NCBI GenBank assembly: GCA_964364045.1
Contig: CAYIKL010000004.1
Span: 1-46,786 of the forward strand
Source: an uncultured Methanosarcinales archaeon
GTDB taxonomy: Archaea; Nanobdellota; Nanobdellia; Woesearchaeales; JAGLXL01
Direction: 5' to 3'
Length of the DNA: 46,786 bases
Below the pieces are notes generated by a model, which was not told the origin of the DNA, did no database searches, and saw only the letters and a list, made by a program, of their open reading frames with translations. Made by a program: the position numbers and the translations under genes. Shown here piece by piece: positions 18,877 to 28,219 of this stretch (positions are counted from its first letter, which is position 1; every line of letters starts with the position of its first letter).

Positions 18877-20029
18877 CGCTTTTCGTTTTTCTGTTTTTGA
18901 AAAATACACCTATCCCTATCATAATGTCACTAACCTCTTTTTGGCTTATGTCAGGGTATATCGGAAGGCTCAGCACCCTTCCGGAAACGTTCTCCGTGTT
19001 CGGCAGATCGCCCTTGTTGTAGCCATACTTGCTATAAAAACGTTCCAAATGAACTGGGCTGAAATATACTTTGCTCATTATTCCTTCTTTATTAAGGTAT
19101 CGCTGAAGCTCATCGCGAATATATTCAGAGCCTAAAATGAGGGTATACAGCTGGTAGACGTGCTTGAATCCCGTTGGTGGTATTGGGCAGCGAATGCCAT
19201 TGATTTTACTGAGTTCATCGTTGAGCATACTGGCAATTGCCTGTCTTTTTTCGATCAGCATATCTATTTTTTTCAATTGCGCAATGCCCAGCGCTGCACA
19301 CATAGTCGGCATGCGATAGTTGTATCCTAATTCAACGTATTCAGCTTTTTCGTTTGTCTCAAAGTAGTTCTTGTCTGATGCTCTTCCATGAGAGCGAAGC
19401 ATTTTAAGTTTCTCGTGCAAAACCATGTCGTCCGTGACGATTGCGCCGCCTTCGCCGGTTGTGATAATCTTATTCTGGCAGAAGCTGAACATTGCAGCGT
19501 CACCAAATGTTCCAATCTTTTTTCCATGTATTTCTGCACCCAAGGATTCGGCAGCATCTTCTATAAGAAATAATGATCTTTTATCGCACAGCTCACGCAG
19601 TTTTTTTGTGTCACGCGCGCCACAGCCGGCGTAATGTACAACAACAATTGCTTTTGTTCTGTTCGTTATCTTTCCCTCTGTATCTCTCACGTCTAACCCA
19701 AACGTTTCTTTTTCAATGTCTGCAAAGACAGGAGTTGCTCCAGCTAGGACAACTGCATTTACTGTAGAGGGGAAGGTGAATGAAGGAACGATGACCTCTC
19801 CTCCCTTTACATCGAGAGCAAGCAGCACAGCGTGGAGCGCCGATGTGCCTGAATTGAATGTGACTGCGTATTTCCTTCCAGCGAATTTTGCAATGTGTCC
19901 CTCAAACTCGCCAATCTCGGGGCCGTCCGCCCAGTGGCTCCCTCTTGTGATTACTTTCGTTACAGCGTTAACGTCACTTTCATCGTTATGTACCCTAAAC
20001 AACGGTATTTTCCAGTTCATGCTGTTCAT
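18860..20029 (-). CDS. DegT-family sugar aminotransferase (PglE/LegC role)
   Basis: NSGTSALH, IEDAAESLGA, FSFCQNKIITTGEGG, LGYNYRM, LSLPIYP. Confidence 0.92.
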   Translation of the reverse strand: MNSMNWKIPLFRVHNDESDVNAVTKVITRGSHWADGPEIGEFEGHIAKFAGRKYAVTFNSGTSALHAVLLALDVKGGEVIVPSFTFPSTVNAVVLAGATPVFADIEKETFGLDVRDTEGKITNRTKAIVVVHYAGCGARDTKKLRELCDKRSLFLIEDAAESLGAEIHGKKIGTFGDAAMFSFCQNKIITTGEGGAIVTDDMVLHEKLKMLRSHGRASDKNYFETNEKAEYVELGYNYRMPTMCAALGIAQLKKIDMLIEKRQAIASMLNDELSKINGIRCPIPPTGFKHVYQLYTLILGSEYIRDELQRYLNKEGIMSKVYFSPVHLERFYSKYGYNKGDLPNTENVSGRVLSLPIYPDISQKEVSDIMIGIGVFFKNRKTKSDEIGV

Positions 20030-20445
20030 CCTTCACTTTCATTTATTTTTTCCTTAAGTATTCTTGCCGGCACGCCGGCGACAATCACATTATCTGGGAC
20101 ATTCTTATTGATGAAGCTGAATGCCCCTACAATCACGTTCTTTCCAATCGTCACACCGGGCATCACCACGCTGTGCGCTCCAATGCACGCGTTCTCTTTG
20201 ATGAGAACAGGCCCCTTCTTGTTGTCTATTGTGCTGATGCTATAGATCGAGCAGTGGCTGCCGATCTGTACGTTCTTCTCTATCACCACACCGTGCAGTG
20301 CGTTGATGTACGTGAATGCGCCAATATCTGTCTTTTCTCCGAGCTTTAGGTTTTCCTTGTTCTGGACCATCCAGTTCCATTTAGTTAACTTGCCTTCTTC
20401 TATCTCCGGCATCTTCCATTCATTAAATCTTTTTGTCTCGTTCAT
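20026..20445 (-). CDS. Hexapeptide-repeat (LbH) sugar N-acyltransferase
   Basis: IKENACIGAHSVVMPGVTIGKNVIVGAFS, VAGVPAR. Confidence 0.9.
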   Translation of the reverse strand: MNETKRFNEWKMPEIEEGKLTKWNWMVQNKENLKLGEKTDIGAFTYINALHGVVIEKNVQIGSHCSIYSISTIDNKKGPVLIKENACIGAHSVVMPGVTIGKNVIVGAFSFINKNVPDNVIVAGVPARILKEKINESEG

Positions 20446-20446
20446 T

Positions 20447-21595
20447 TTAATATGTTATCTGCTTCTGAATAAGTTTTTTATTTATGTCCATGCTTGCAAG
20501 CACTTGTGCGATACGCTTTCCAGCGCTACCGTCGCCATACACATTTTTTCCAGTGAGTTTTTTCCTAAACTCAGGCGACATCGCTTTTCGGATCGCCCTT
20601 GCAATCTCATCCCTGTTATATACGACATCAATAACATTGGCTGTCCGTTCTCTCCCGAGCTGTCTTGTTCCTACATTTACAAAAGGGAGACGGAATAATG
20701 GGGCCTCTATTATCCCACTGCTTGAATTCCCAACCAGCACGTCTGTGTACTTGAGCAATGCGATGTACTCGTCGTGGCTCATACTCTTAAATATTTTAAC
20801 ATTTCTGTTCGCAGCAAACTTTTCTATCTCCCTTATCATATCAACACTCCCTGCATCTGCGTTAGGGTAGATGATCACCATCTGGCAGCCACTCTCGCTT
20901 GTGGAGAGGAGCGTTTCGCTGATTTGCTGCGCTGCCTGCGCTGCTTCAGTTGTAACCGGATGCTGTAGTATCACGGCTGTCTTCTTTTCTGTGTCAAGAC
21001 CTAACCTGCTGTAGAGCTCATTTTTACCTGGAAATTTCCTGTTCCGTATAGAGTCTAGGCCTGGCGCACCGACCACGTGCACACGCCATTCTTCCTCACC
21101 TAGTTTCTTAATCCTTTCTGCACTCTCCTCTGTTGCTGCAAAATGAATGTGTGACAACTTTGTTATCGCGTGTCGCGCATTGTCATCGAGATGTCCGCCG
21201 ATGCTCTTGTCACCGCCATGGATGTGAGCTATAGGGATATTGAGATAGTATGCCGCAAGCACCGTTCCCAGCGTTTCAACCCTGTCACCGAGGACAACTA
21301 CAATATCAGGCTTGCATTCCACCATAATACTTGTCAGCGTTGTTATGCACTGCGCCAGCGCATTTGCCATATCCTTATTGCTATTCCCGAGCCCGAGTTT
21401 GATCTCAGCAAGTATTCTGAAACCATCTTCTTTTATCTCACTGATTGTTTTGCCATACCTCTCCTCAAGATGCGAGCCTGTGGCAACGACTACCAGTTCA
21501 AGCCTGCTGTCCTCCTCAATAGATTTCATCACAGGTTTCAGCAGGCCATATTCTGAACGCGTCCCGCTGAGCACCATAATCTTACGCCGGCTCAT
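20447..21595 (-). CDS. neuC: Hydrolysing UDP-sugar 2-epimerase (NeuC/LegG)
   Basis: GTRSEYG, TGSHL, LGDRVE, AHIHGGD, RHAITKLSHIHF, QHPVT, GNSSSGIIEAP, GTRQLGR. Start at the ATGA overlap at 21595. Confidence 0.95.
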   Translation of the reverse strand: MSRRKIMVLSGTRSEYGLLKPVMKSIEEDSRLELVVVATGSHLEERYGKTISEIKEDGFRILAEIKLGLGNSNKDMANALAQCITTLTSIMVECKPDIVVVLGDRVETLGTVLAAYYLNIPIAHIHGGDKSIGGHLDDNARHAITKLSHIHFAATEESAERIKKLGEEEWRVHVVGAPGLDSIRNRKFPGKNELYSRLGLDTEKKTAVILQHPVTTEAAQAAQQISETLLSTSESGCQMVIIYPNADAGSVDMIREIEKFAANRNVKIFKSMSHDEYIALLKYTDVLVGNSSSGIIEAPLFRLPFVNVGTRQLGRERTANVIDVVYNRDEIARAIRKAMSPEFRKKLTGKNVYGDGSAGKRIAQVLASMDINKKLIQKQITY

Positions 21596-22248
21596 CTCAC
21601 TTCCCTCGCTATGATAAATGCTTCTGCAGCATTTTTGTGAACAGCCAGGCCACGAAACTGTGCATATATTCTGACGCCGTTCATGCTGCGTGCGTGCGGG
21701 TGATTCTTTATCTCGCTTGCGTAACATGCCAGCGCCTTCAGCTTCAGCTCAATGAAATTCCCGATGTCAACATAGACGGTTGGAGCAAATGCGTCATCAC
21801 CGCACACATAGGTCGTCGATGATGGGACTTCGTAATAGTATATCTTCTTCAGAGATGCGCGTTGTGGCTGTGCAGCGATGAGGCATGCATGGCTTACAAT
21901 GCGATGATCCTGGTTTTGATCTTTTGGATAATGTGTGTAGAGCACTTCAGGTCTTACTTTGCTGATTATGTCTTTGATTTTGTTGACTATATCCAAGAGT
22001 GGAACAGTGTCAAGCTTCACCGACGGGAGATCGAGAAAATGTAAAATATTAACTCCGAGTACTTTGCATGCGCGCTCAACTTCCCCCTTCCTTTTTGCAT
22101 CTTCTTCCTTTGAAAAGCCGAGAGATGCCGTGCCTTCGGTTATGATACATACTGAAACCTCATCTCCTTCGTGCGCATGCCGTGCTATCGTTCCTCCACA
22201 TCCAAGCGTTTCGTCGTCCGGATGGGCAGCAATAACAAGTACATTCAT
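21592..22248 (-). CDS. PIG-L family N-acetylsugar deacetylase
   Basis: VIAAHPDDETLGCGGTI, YTH...D..QDH, KLKALACYASE, AEAF. Confidence 0.92.
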   Translation of the reverse strand: MNVLVIAAHPDDETLGCGGTIARHAHEGDEVSVCIITEGTASLGFSKEEDAKRKGEVERACKVLGVNILHFLDLPSVKLDTVPLLDIVNKIKDIISKVRPEVLYTHYPKDQNQDHRIVSHACLIAAQPQRASLKKIYYYEVPSSTTYVCGDDAFAPTVYVDIGNFIELKLKALACYASEIKNHPHARSMNGVRIYAQFRGLAVHKNAAEAFIIAREVR

Positions 22249-22250
22249 AT

Positions 22251-23054
22251 TTATCCACCTTTGCGCGCTGTTATGGCAATGACTTCCTTCTTATCCTCAA
22301 AATAACCTTTCTCTTCTATTACTCTCTTCACAGCGTCTTCCATAACAGTGACTGCATTTGCGCGTGCAGTTTCAGGAACGCCTTCCTGAAAAACAAGTGA
22401 TGAAACATAATAATTTATGACGCCTGCAGCGTTTGGATATCGTATCGTGTTCATAAAAGTGTCTGTCTGCACATTTATGAATCTTTTCTTGATGAGTGGC
22501 ACAAATTCACTTTGCAACCTTGCTCTCCTCTGAATGGAAATGGGATTGATAGGATAACCACTTGTCTTTGCCTGGAGCTGCCAGAAGTTTTCTGATGTTG
22601 CTTGGCCTGGCCCGAAGATGAACAAGTCACCACCCGGCGAAAGAAGGCGCAGGAACTCTCTTAACATTGCCTCAGCGTCATCGACATAGTATGCGGAAAA
22701 ACCAGAGATAATGTGCGTGAAGCTTCCGCTGACAAATGGAAAATTTTTATTCATATCGTGATGCATCACAAGCGCATTCAGTTTCTGCTCGGTAATTTTC
22801 CTCTGCGCAGCCTCCAGCAAATCTTGCTGGATATCACAACCGATGATGAACCCTTTGCTTCCCAGCGTCTTCCCAAAAAGCTCAATTTGTTTTCCACTGC
22901 CACAGCCTACGTCGAGCATACGGCTGCCTGCGCTGACTTTAGCGTGTTTCAGCAGCCATGGTTCGATGTCTCTCTCACCATATTTCTTGTATGTTTCTAT
23001 ACGTCTGTCGAGGAAATCCTTCGTTTCAAGATAGCCATATTTTTTTTCTTCCAT
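22251..23054 (-). CDS. Class I SAM-dependent methyltransferase
   Basis: MLDVGCGSGKQ, GCDI, FPFVSGSF, RLLSPGG. Confidence 0.88.
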   Translation of the reverse strand: MEEKKYGYLETKDFLDRRIETYKKYGERDIEPWLLKHAKVSAGSRMLDVGCGSGKQIELFGKTLGSKGFIIGCDIQQDLLEAAQRKITEQKLNALVMHHDMNKNFPFVSGSFTHIISGFSAYYVDDAEAMLREFLRLLSPGGDLFIFGPGQATSENFWQLQAKTSGYPINPISIQRRARLQSEFVPLIKKRFINVQTDTFMNTIRYPNAAGVINYYVSSLVFQEGVPETARANAVTVMEDAVKRVIEEKGYFEDKKEVIAITARKGG

Positions 23055-24065
23055 TTACTTTACCATTTCCCAGGTTATAATCTCGTCCTTTCGTATGTTC
23101 CTCACAGCGATCTTGCCAAGCAGCTTTGTGTATGCGGCTGGAGCAATGCCCGTGCCTGGCCGCTTTATGGCCATGTCGAGGGCAGTTATCTGCTGCCCTT
23201 TCCCGATATTGCGCGCGGCAGCTATGCTTTTTCTTGCGACTTTTAAGATTTCACGCTCTGCGGCTGTAGGTCTCTTATCAGCGTTGCCCAACATCGTGCG
23301 CACTTCTCTTATGGTTGATACCATCTCTTTGAACTCTCCTGGTTCGAGTGATGCTTTGTGATCTGGTCCCGGCATGCTTTTGTCCAGCGTCATGTGCTTT
23401 TCGACGACCTGTGCTCCAAGCACTGCAGCAGCTATAGAAACAAATATGCCTTCAGTGTGGTCGGAATACCCCACTTTCAGTCCTGTCTCTTTTGCCAATG
23501 TTTTCATCGCTCTGAGGTTTACATCTTGCCTTGGGCAAGGATAGCTTGTCGTGCAATGGAGAAGTATGACTTCACATCCTCTTAAAGCATCGATTGCTTC
23601 TTTTACTTCATCAAGAGTGGACATCCCCGTACTTAAAATCACCAGCTTTCCTTTCTCTGCAATTCTCTTCAGGAGCGGGATGTTGGTGATATCGCCTGAT
23701 GCAACCTTAAATGCAGGAACGAGCTTGTCTAAAACGTCAACGGCCTCCGCAGTGTGCGGCGTTGATAAAAACAGAATCCCTTTTCCATCACAATAGCTCT
23801 TGAGCTCTTCAAAATGTCTATCACTCAATTCAAGTTCCTTCAGCATTTCGAGCTGGCTTGTCCCTTTTCCTGTGTTTTTTTCCTGGTATTCTGCCATTTC
23901 TGCATCTTTTGTCACCAGATCTTCCGCCTTGAATGTCTGAAACTTCACTGCATCAGCACCAGCTTCCACCGCAGCATCAACCAGCTTCTTCGCTAATTCG
24001 ATGCTGCCGTTATGGTTGACCCCGGCTTCTGCAATGATAAAACACTCATTCTTTGAATTCAGCAT
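23055..24065 (-). CDS. neuB: Nonulosonic acid synthase (NeuB/LegI)
   Basis: FIIAEAGVNHNG, ADAVKFQTF, KVASGD, LSTGM, LLHCTTSYP, GYSDHT, EKHMTLD, GPDHKASL, C-terminal SAF domain (KRPGTGI). Confidence 0.96.
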   Translation of the reverse strand: MLNSKNECFIIAEAGVNHNGSIELAKKLVDAAVEAGADAVKFQTFKAEDLVTKDAEMAEYQEKNTGKGTSQLEMLKELELSDRHFEELKSYCDGKGILFLSTPHTAEAVDVLDKLVPAFKVASGDITNIPLLKRIAEKGKLVILSTGMSTLDEVKEAIDALRGCEVILLHCTTSYPCPRQDVNLRAMKTLAKETGLKVGYSDHTEGIFVSIAAAVLGAQVVEKHMTLDKSMPGPDHKASLEPGEFKEMVSTIREVRTMLGNADKRPTAAEREILKVARKSIAAARNIGKGQQITALDMAIKRPGTGIAPAAYTKLLGKIAVRNIRKDEIITWEMVK

Positions 24066-25338
24066 TTGCCATCGACCTCATCTCAACCGGTATACTGCTC
24101 ACGTATACCGGAACTTCTTTCGACGTTCCATCCACATCATATACTGCGCTTCGTAATCGCCACTCGCCGTTAACCTTTTTCCATATGCGGGGTGTTCTGA
24201 ATTTGTTGATCGCTCTCCAAAACTGTTCAGGAGTGATGTTCAAGTAGTTGAGAAAGGCGTTGAAATGCATCTTTGGAAACTCGCCGTCATATCTTTTCAC
24301 GAGCGAAACCCCCTCTTCTCTGGTGATGTGGCCATCCCTAATTTCGTGCGCAGCGTCAGATGTGCACCTGCAGATCCCAAACTTAAGGAATGCGTGATAA
24401 AAGTGAAAGCCATCCATCTGGTCGTCTAAGCTGGCGTATTTCGAGTATGTTCCTTCAGACCTTCCTTCGGGATTTGCCTGAAAGCCTGTCTTCTCTGCAG
24501 CAAGATAATAGTTCTCCTGGGGAATCCATTTTTTATAGTATGAGAACCATTTGAACTCGGCTCCCCAGCTTTTTAGGTCAGTAGTCTTCGGAGGCTCGTA
24601 GAACGTGAAGTCTGATTCATCAAAATCATTCTCTTTCAAATAATCAGTCTCTTCCAGACCATATTTTACAAGATCTCTTATGGTGATCCCCTTAAAATAC
24701 TGTTCATTCCATAAAGTGATTGGCATGCCGGACTTGTTGAACACTTGAGGGTTTCCGCTGTATTCTGCCTCACCATTCTCGCCAAAGAACACCAGCTTTA
24801 TGCCTAGCGCTTTCGCCATATGGAATGCATAGCTTACCTGTCCATAGGTAAAAGGCTGCCATGCATCGCCCAACATCTCAAATGACAGCCTTGACAGTTT
24901 TCGGTGAAATATCCCGTTCTGCCATGCCATGAGGTTGTTGAAACCGCCGACCTTGATGAAATTCCTGAAATTGGCATATCCCACACTTGTGTATTCAAAC
25001 GGAGCCCATGTCACCGTCAGGGGGTGCATGCCATACTTGTATTTCAGCTCCCATGACACCCGCGCGCTGTCCTTACCGCCACTGCCCGGGACAATAACAT
25101 CAAACTTGCCATCTGTGCTTCTATTGGCATCACATAATTCTTTCAGCTCTTTTTCCCTTTGTTCCCAATCTATCTCGCTATTCTTGATATCCGCATATCT
25201 GCATGCCCCACAGATACCTTCGCTGTCGAAGGCTATTCTTGGCCGTTGGTTGCTCACCACGCACCGTGCACAAAACTTTATCTCCTTCGGCAACTGCGTG
25301 ATTTGCCTGTCAAGTATGCTTTTAACGTCCATACTCAT
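24046..25338 (-). CDS. N-acetyl sugar amidotransferase (WbuX/PseA/PtmG family)
   Basis: FCARCVVSNQRP, CGAC, PP-loop VPGSGGKDS, HPLTVT, GENGEAEY, EGTYSKYASLDD, IRDGHITREEG. Confidence 0.92.
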   Translation of the reverse strand: MSMDVKSILDRQITQLPKEIKFCARCVVSNQRPRIAFDSEGICGACRYADIKNSEIDWEQREKELKELCDANRSTDGKFDVIVPGSGGKDSARVSWELKYKYGMHPLTVTWAPFEYTSVGYANFRNFIKVGGFNNLMAWQNGIFHRKLSRLSFEMLGDAWQPFTYGQVSYAFHMAKALGIKLVFFGENGEAEYSGNPQVFNKSGMPITLWNEQYFKGITIRDLVKYGLEETDYLKENDFDESDFTFYEPPKTTDLKSWGAEFKWFSYYKKWIPQENYYLAAEKTGFQANPEGRSEGTYSKYASLDDQMDGFHFYHAFLKFGICRCTSDAAHEIRDGHITREEGVSLVKRYDGEFPKMHFNAFLNYLNITPEQFWRAINKFRTPRIWKKVNGEWRLRSAVYDVDGTSKEVPVYVSSIPVEMRSMANAEFKE

Positions 25339-25982
25339 ATTCTATTCAACTCGCAAAATTTTTTTAACATGTTCAATCCAACCGCTCCACTTTTTTCGGG
25401 ATGGAACTGGGTTCCTATCACGTTGTATTTTTTCACCACCGAACAAAATCTCTGCCCTCCATGCTCGGTCGTCGCAAGGATGTAGTTGCTGTCTTTTACA
25501 TCAGGGTAAAATGAATGGACGAAATAGACGTCGCTTTTCTCATTCGTCGATTCGAGCAGGGTGCCTTTCCATTCACGTCCTTGCTTCTCCAGCCCGTTCC
25601 AACCCATATGCGGGACTTTGTAACCCGTAATATTCATTTCATCTGGTTTTCTGAATGGTATTACTCTTCCTGGGATAAAGTTTAAGCCCTTATGCAACCC
25701 AAACTCCTCGCTTTCGGTAAAGAGCATCTGCATGCCCAAACAAATGCCTAACATCGGTGTGCCCTGGCTCACTTTCTGTTTTATTGGTTCGATCAAGCCG
25801 CGTTCCTTTAATCCATTCATGCCGTCACCAAACGCGCCTATTCCCGGCAGCACCAAGCAGTTTGCTGCTAGCGCCTGCGCCGGCCTGTTAATTATTTCAG
25901 CGTTTCTCCCTATTTTCTCAAATGCCATGCTTACGCTCTTCAGATTATTGATACCATAATCAATGATGCTTATATCCGTCAT
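25335..25982 (-). CDS. HisH-like glutamine amidotransferase (WbuY-type)
   Basis: IDYGINN, LPGIGAF, GICLGMQ, VPHMGWN, YFVHS, QFHPEKS. Confidence 0.93.
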   Translation of the reverse strand: MTDISIIDYGINNLKSVSMAFEKIGRNAEIINRPAQALAANCLVLPGIGAFGDGMNGLKERGLIEPIKQKVSQGTPMLGICLGMQMLFTESEEFGLHKGLNFIPGRVIPFRKPDEMNITGYKVPHMGWNGLEKQGREWKGTLLESTNEKSDVYFVHSFYPDVKDSNYILATTEHGGQRFCSVVKKYNVIGTQFHPEKSGAVGLNMLKKFCELNRI

Positions 25983-26737
25983 ATTTTTCTTACCTCTCTA
26001 CCTTGTTCCGCAATGTGCTCCTTCATATCATCTATTGTGAGCTCGTTATAATGAAGCACTGCAGCAGCTGCAAGCGCATCGATATTGCATGCTTTGATGC
26101 ATGCGCTGAAATGTTCGGCACTTCCTGCCCCACCTGAGGCAATCACCGGTATCGATACAGCGTCTGTTACCTTCTTTATTAGTTCGATATCAAATCCTTT
26201 TTTTGTACCCTCAGTGTCTATTGATGTCAGCAGTATTTCACCTGCGCCGAGCGCTTCGGCTTTCTTTGCCCATTCGATGACATCGAGACCGGTTTTCTCC
26301 CGCCCGTTGTCTGTATAGGCCTCCCAGTGCTCTCCCACATTTTTTGCTTCGATTGAAACGACAATACACTGTGAGCCGAACATTTTCGCTGCTTCTCTTA
26401 TGAGTTCCGGGCGCTTGGTTGCTGCTGTATTTATCGCAACTTTATCCGCTCCAGCTTTAAGGAACTCCCGTATGTCGTGCAGTGTTCGTATGCCGCCGCC
26501 GACAGTAAATGGTATAAAAATCTTGTCCGATGCCTGATGCACAATGTTGAGCAGATTTTGTCGTCCATAAAGGCTTGCGACAATATCGATGTATACCAGC
26601 TCATCCGCTCCTTGCTCGTAGTATTTTTCTGCGAGCTCGCCCGGTTTTCCTACCACCCGGAGGCATTCGAGGTGAACACCCTTAATAACATTTGGGCCCT
26701 TTACGTCCAGGCGCGCAATAATCCTCACTTTTCTCAT
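25979..26737 (-). CDS. HisF-like cyclase paralogue (WbuZ-type)
   Basis: RIIARLDVK, GADEL, TVGGGIR, GADKVAINT, GAGEILLTSID.EGT..GFD, VIASGGAG. Start at the ATGA overlap at 26737. Confidence 0.92.
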   Translation of the reverse strand: MRKVRIIARLDVKGPNVIKGVHLECLRVVGKPGELAEKYYEQGADELVYIDIVASLYGRQNLLNIVHQASDKIFIPFTVGGGIRTLHDIREFLKAGADKVAINTAATKRPELIREAAKMFGSQCIVVSIEAKNVGEHWEAYTDNGREKTGLDVIEWAKKAEALGAGEILLTSIDTEGTKKGFDIELIKKVTDAVSIPVIASGGAGSAEHFSACIKACNIDALAAAAVLHYNELTIDDMKEHIAEQGREVRKI

Positions 26738-27513
26738 AACACTGTCAGGCCTCCGTCTACCATGAACGCAGTTCCGGTGATATATGATGCGGCGTCTGAT
26801 GCGAGAAAAAGTGTAGCTGCAGCAATCTCTTCTGCCTGTGCCATGCGTTTCAGGCATGTCTTTTTTCCGTAGTTCTTAACAAATTGTTCGTCCTGGTTGT
26901 CAAATACCCCACCTGGGCAGAGACAGTTCACCCGTATGCCGTGTTTTCCATAATACGATGCTGCATACCGGGAGAAGCTGATGATCCCTCCTTTAATTGC
27001 AGCATATGCAGCGGGTGATGTCATGTCTTTTGGGTAGATCTCAAAATCAGGTGCAACAACGCCATAAATCGAACCAAAATTAACAATACTCCCTTTTGTT
27101 CCGCGCTTTCTCATGAGTTCGGCGACCGTTCGCGTCAGCAGGCAGCATGTGTTCAGCTGCATATCAATATTCTTTTTCCATGACTCAGCCTTTACGTCTT
27201 CAAGATGCGTGTCCCAGTCCTCTGTTCTCGGGTAGGAGAGGTTCACGAAGATGTCTATTTTCCCTGCTTCTGTCATTATTGCCGCGAACACTTTCTCATA
27301 ACTATTTGCATCAGTAACATCAAAACTGATAAAGCTCACATTCTCAGTTTTGTCTTTTTCATCGCTTTTTATGTCCAATACATAGATGTTCGCACCGGCC
27401 TCTGCAAAGGCTTGTACCACTTCCTTTCCTATGAGACCAAGACCGCCGCAGACCACTGCAACTTTTCCGTCGAGCCTCAATTTCTCAAGGTATTTCCCAT
27501 CTGTTTTATCCAA
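26734..27513 (-). CDS. SDR oxidoreductase (PtmA/ElaC-like)
   Basis: GGLGLIG, NLSYPR, GSIYG, YAAIKGG, IRVNCLCPGG, YITG...VDGG. Confidence 0.9.
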   Translation of the reverse strand: MDKTDGKYLEKLRLDGKVAVVCGGLGLIGKEVVQAFAEAGANIYVLDIKSDEKDKTENVSFISFDVTDANSYEKVFAAIMTEAGKIDIFVNLSYPRTEDWDTHLEDVKAESWKKNIDMQLNTCCLLTRTVAELMRKRGTKGSIVNFGSIYGVVAPDFEIYPKDMTSPAAYAAIKGGIISFSRYAASYYGKHGIRVNCLCPGGVFDNQDEQFVKNYGKKTCLKRMAQAEEIAAATLFLASDAASYITGTAFMVDGGLTVL

Positions 27514-28219
27514 ACGTAAACACCCCGCTGGCTATGAGATGCTCGATATATCGCAATTCATGCTCCCCATCAATATCAAATGCGCTGATGTCATCCATGA
27601 TGTGGGCAATCGCTCTTTTCGATGATAATGGCGATTTATTCCCGTTGTCCAACAAAAAGTTCCTGCTGTAGAAATAAATCGAGGCATTCATGTCATACAC
27701 CGGAGGCGCGTCCTGCGTCCTCAGCAGTGCGCTTGCTGGTTTTGAGAGTACAGCAAACCCTTGATCATTCACCTCGATCATGTTAAAGTAGGGGTTTCGC
27801 CGTGCTTTTGTCACCGAGAAGACCACTTCGGGATTCTTTTCCATAAACACCTGGAGGCAGCTGTCCAAATCATGTGTCGTCCTGAGTGGGCTGGTCACAT
27901 CGAGATCCACGACAAGATCAAACTGTTCTTCATAGATTCTTTCCGCACTTTCGAGGGCGTGCCGGATGACGTCTACTTTCCCTGCCGAATCTGATGCAAG
28001 CTCCTTTGGCCTGTAAAACGGCACGTCAATCCCATTTGCTTTCGCTATCTGTGCAATCTCTTCCGAGTCGGTTGAGCAGATGATTCGTTTTGCCTTGCCC
28101 CACTTTTTGGCGATTTCTATCGTGTACGTCATCAACGGCTTGCCTGCTATTGTGATAATATTCTTATTCCTGATGCGCTTGGAGCCCGCGCGTGCGCATA
28201 TTGTTATTAAGACGTTCAT
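27506..28219 (-). CDS. neuA: CMP-nonulosonate synthetase (NeuA/PtmB)
   Basis: ICARAGSKRIRNKN, STDS, RPKELASD, DLDVTSPLR, NPYFNM, YDMNASIY, DID. Confidence 0.94.
   Translation of the reverse strand: MNVLITICARAGSKRIRNKNIITIAGKPLMTYTIEIAKKWGKAKRIICSTDSEEIAQIAKANGIDVPFYRPKELASDSAGKVDVIRHALESAERIYEEQFDLVVDLDVTSPLRTTHDLDSCLQVFMEKNPEVVFSVTKARRNPYFNMIEVNDQGFAVLSKPASALLRTQDAPPVYDMNASIYFYSRNFLLDNGNKSPLSSKRAIAHIMDDISAFDIDGEHELRYIEHLIASGVFTFG

Noticed and set aside
25335-26737. hisH/hisF as histidine biosynthesis genes
   Set aside because: They are coupled to a WbuX-type amidotransferase inside the NulO operon with no other his genes, which matches the known ammonia-supplying paralogues.
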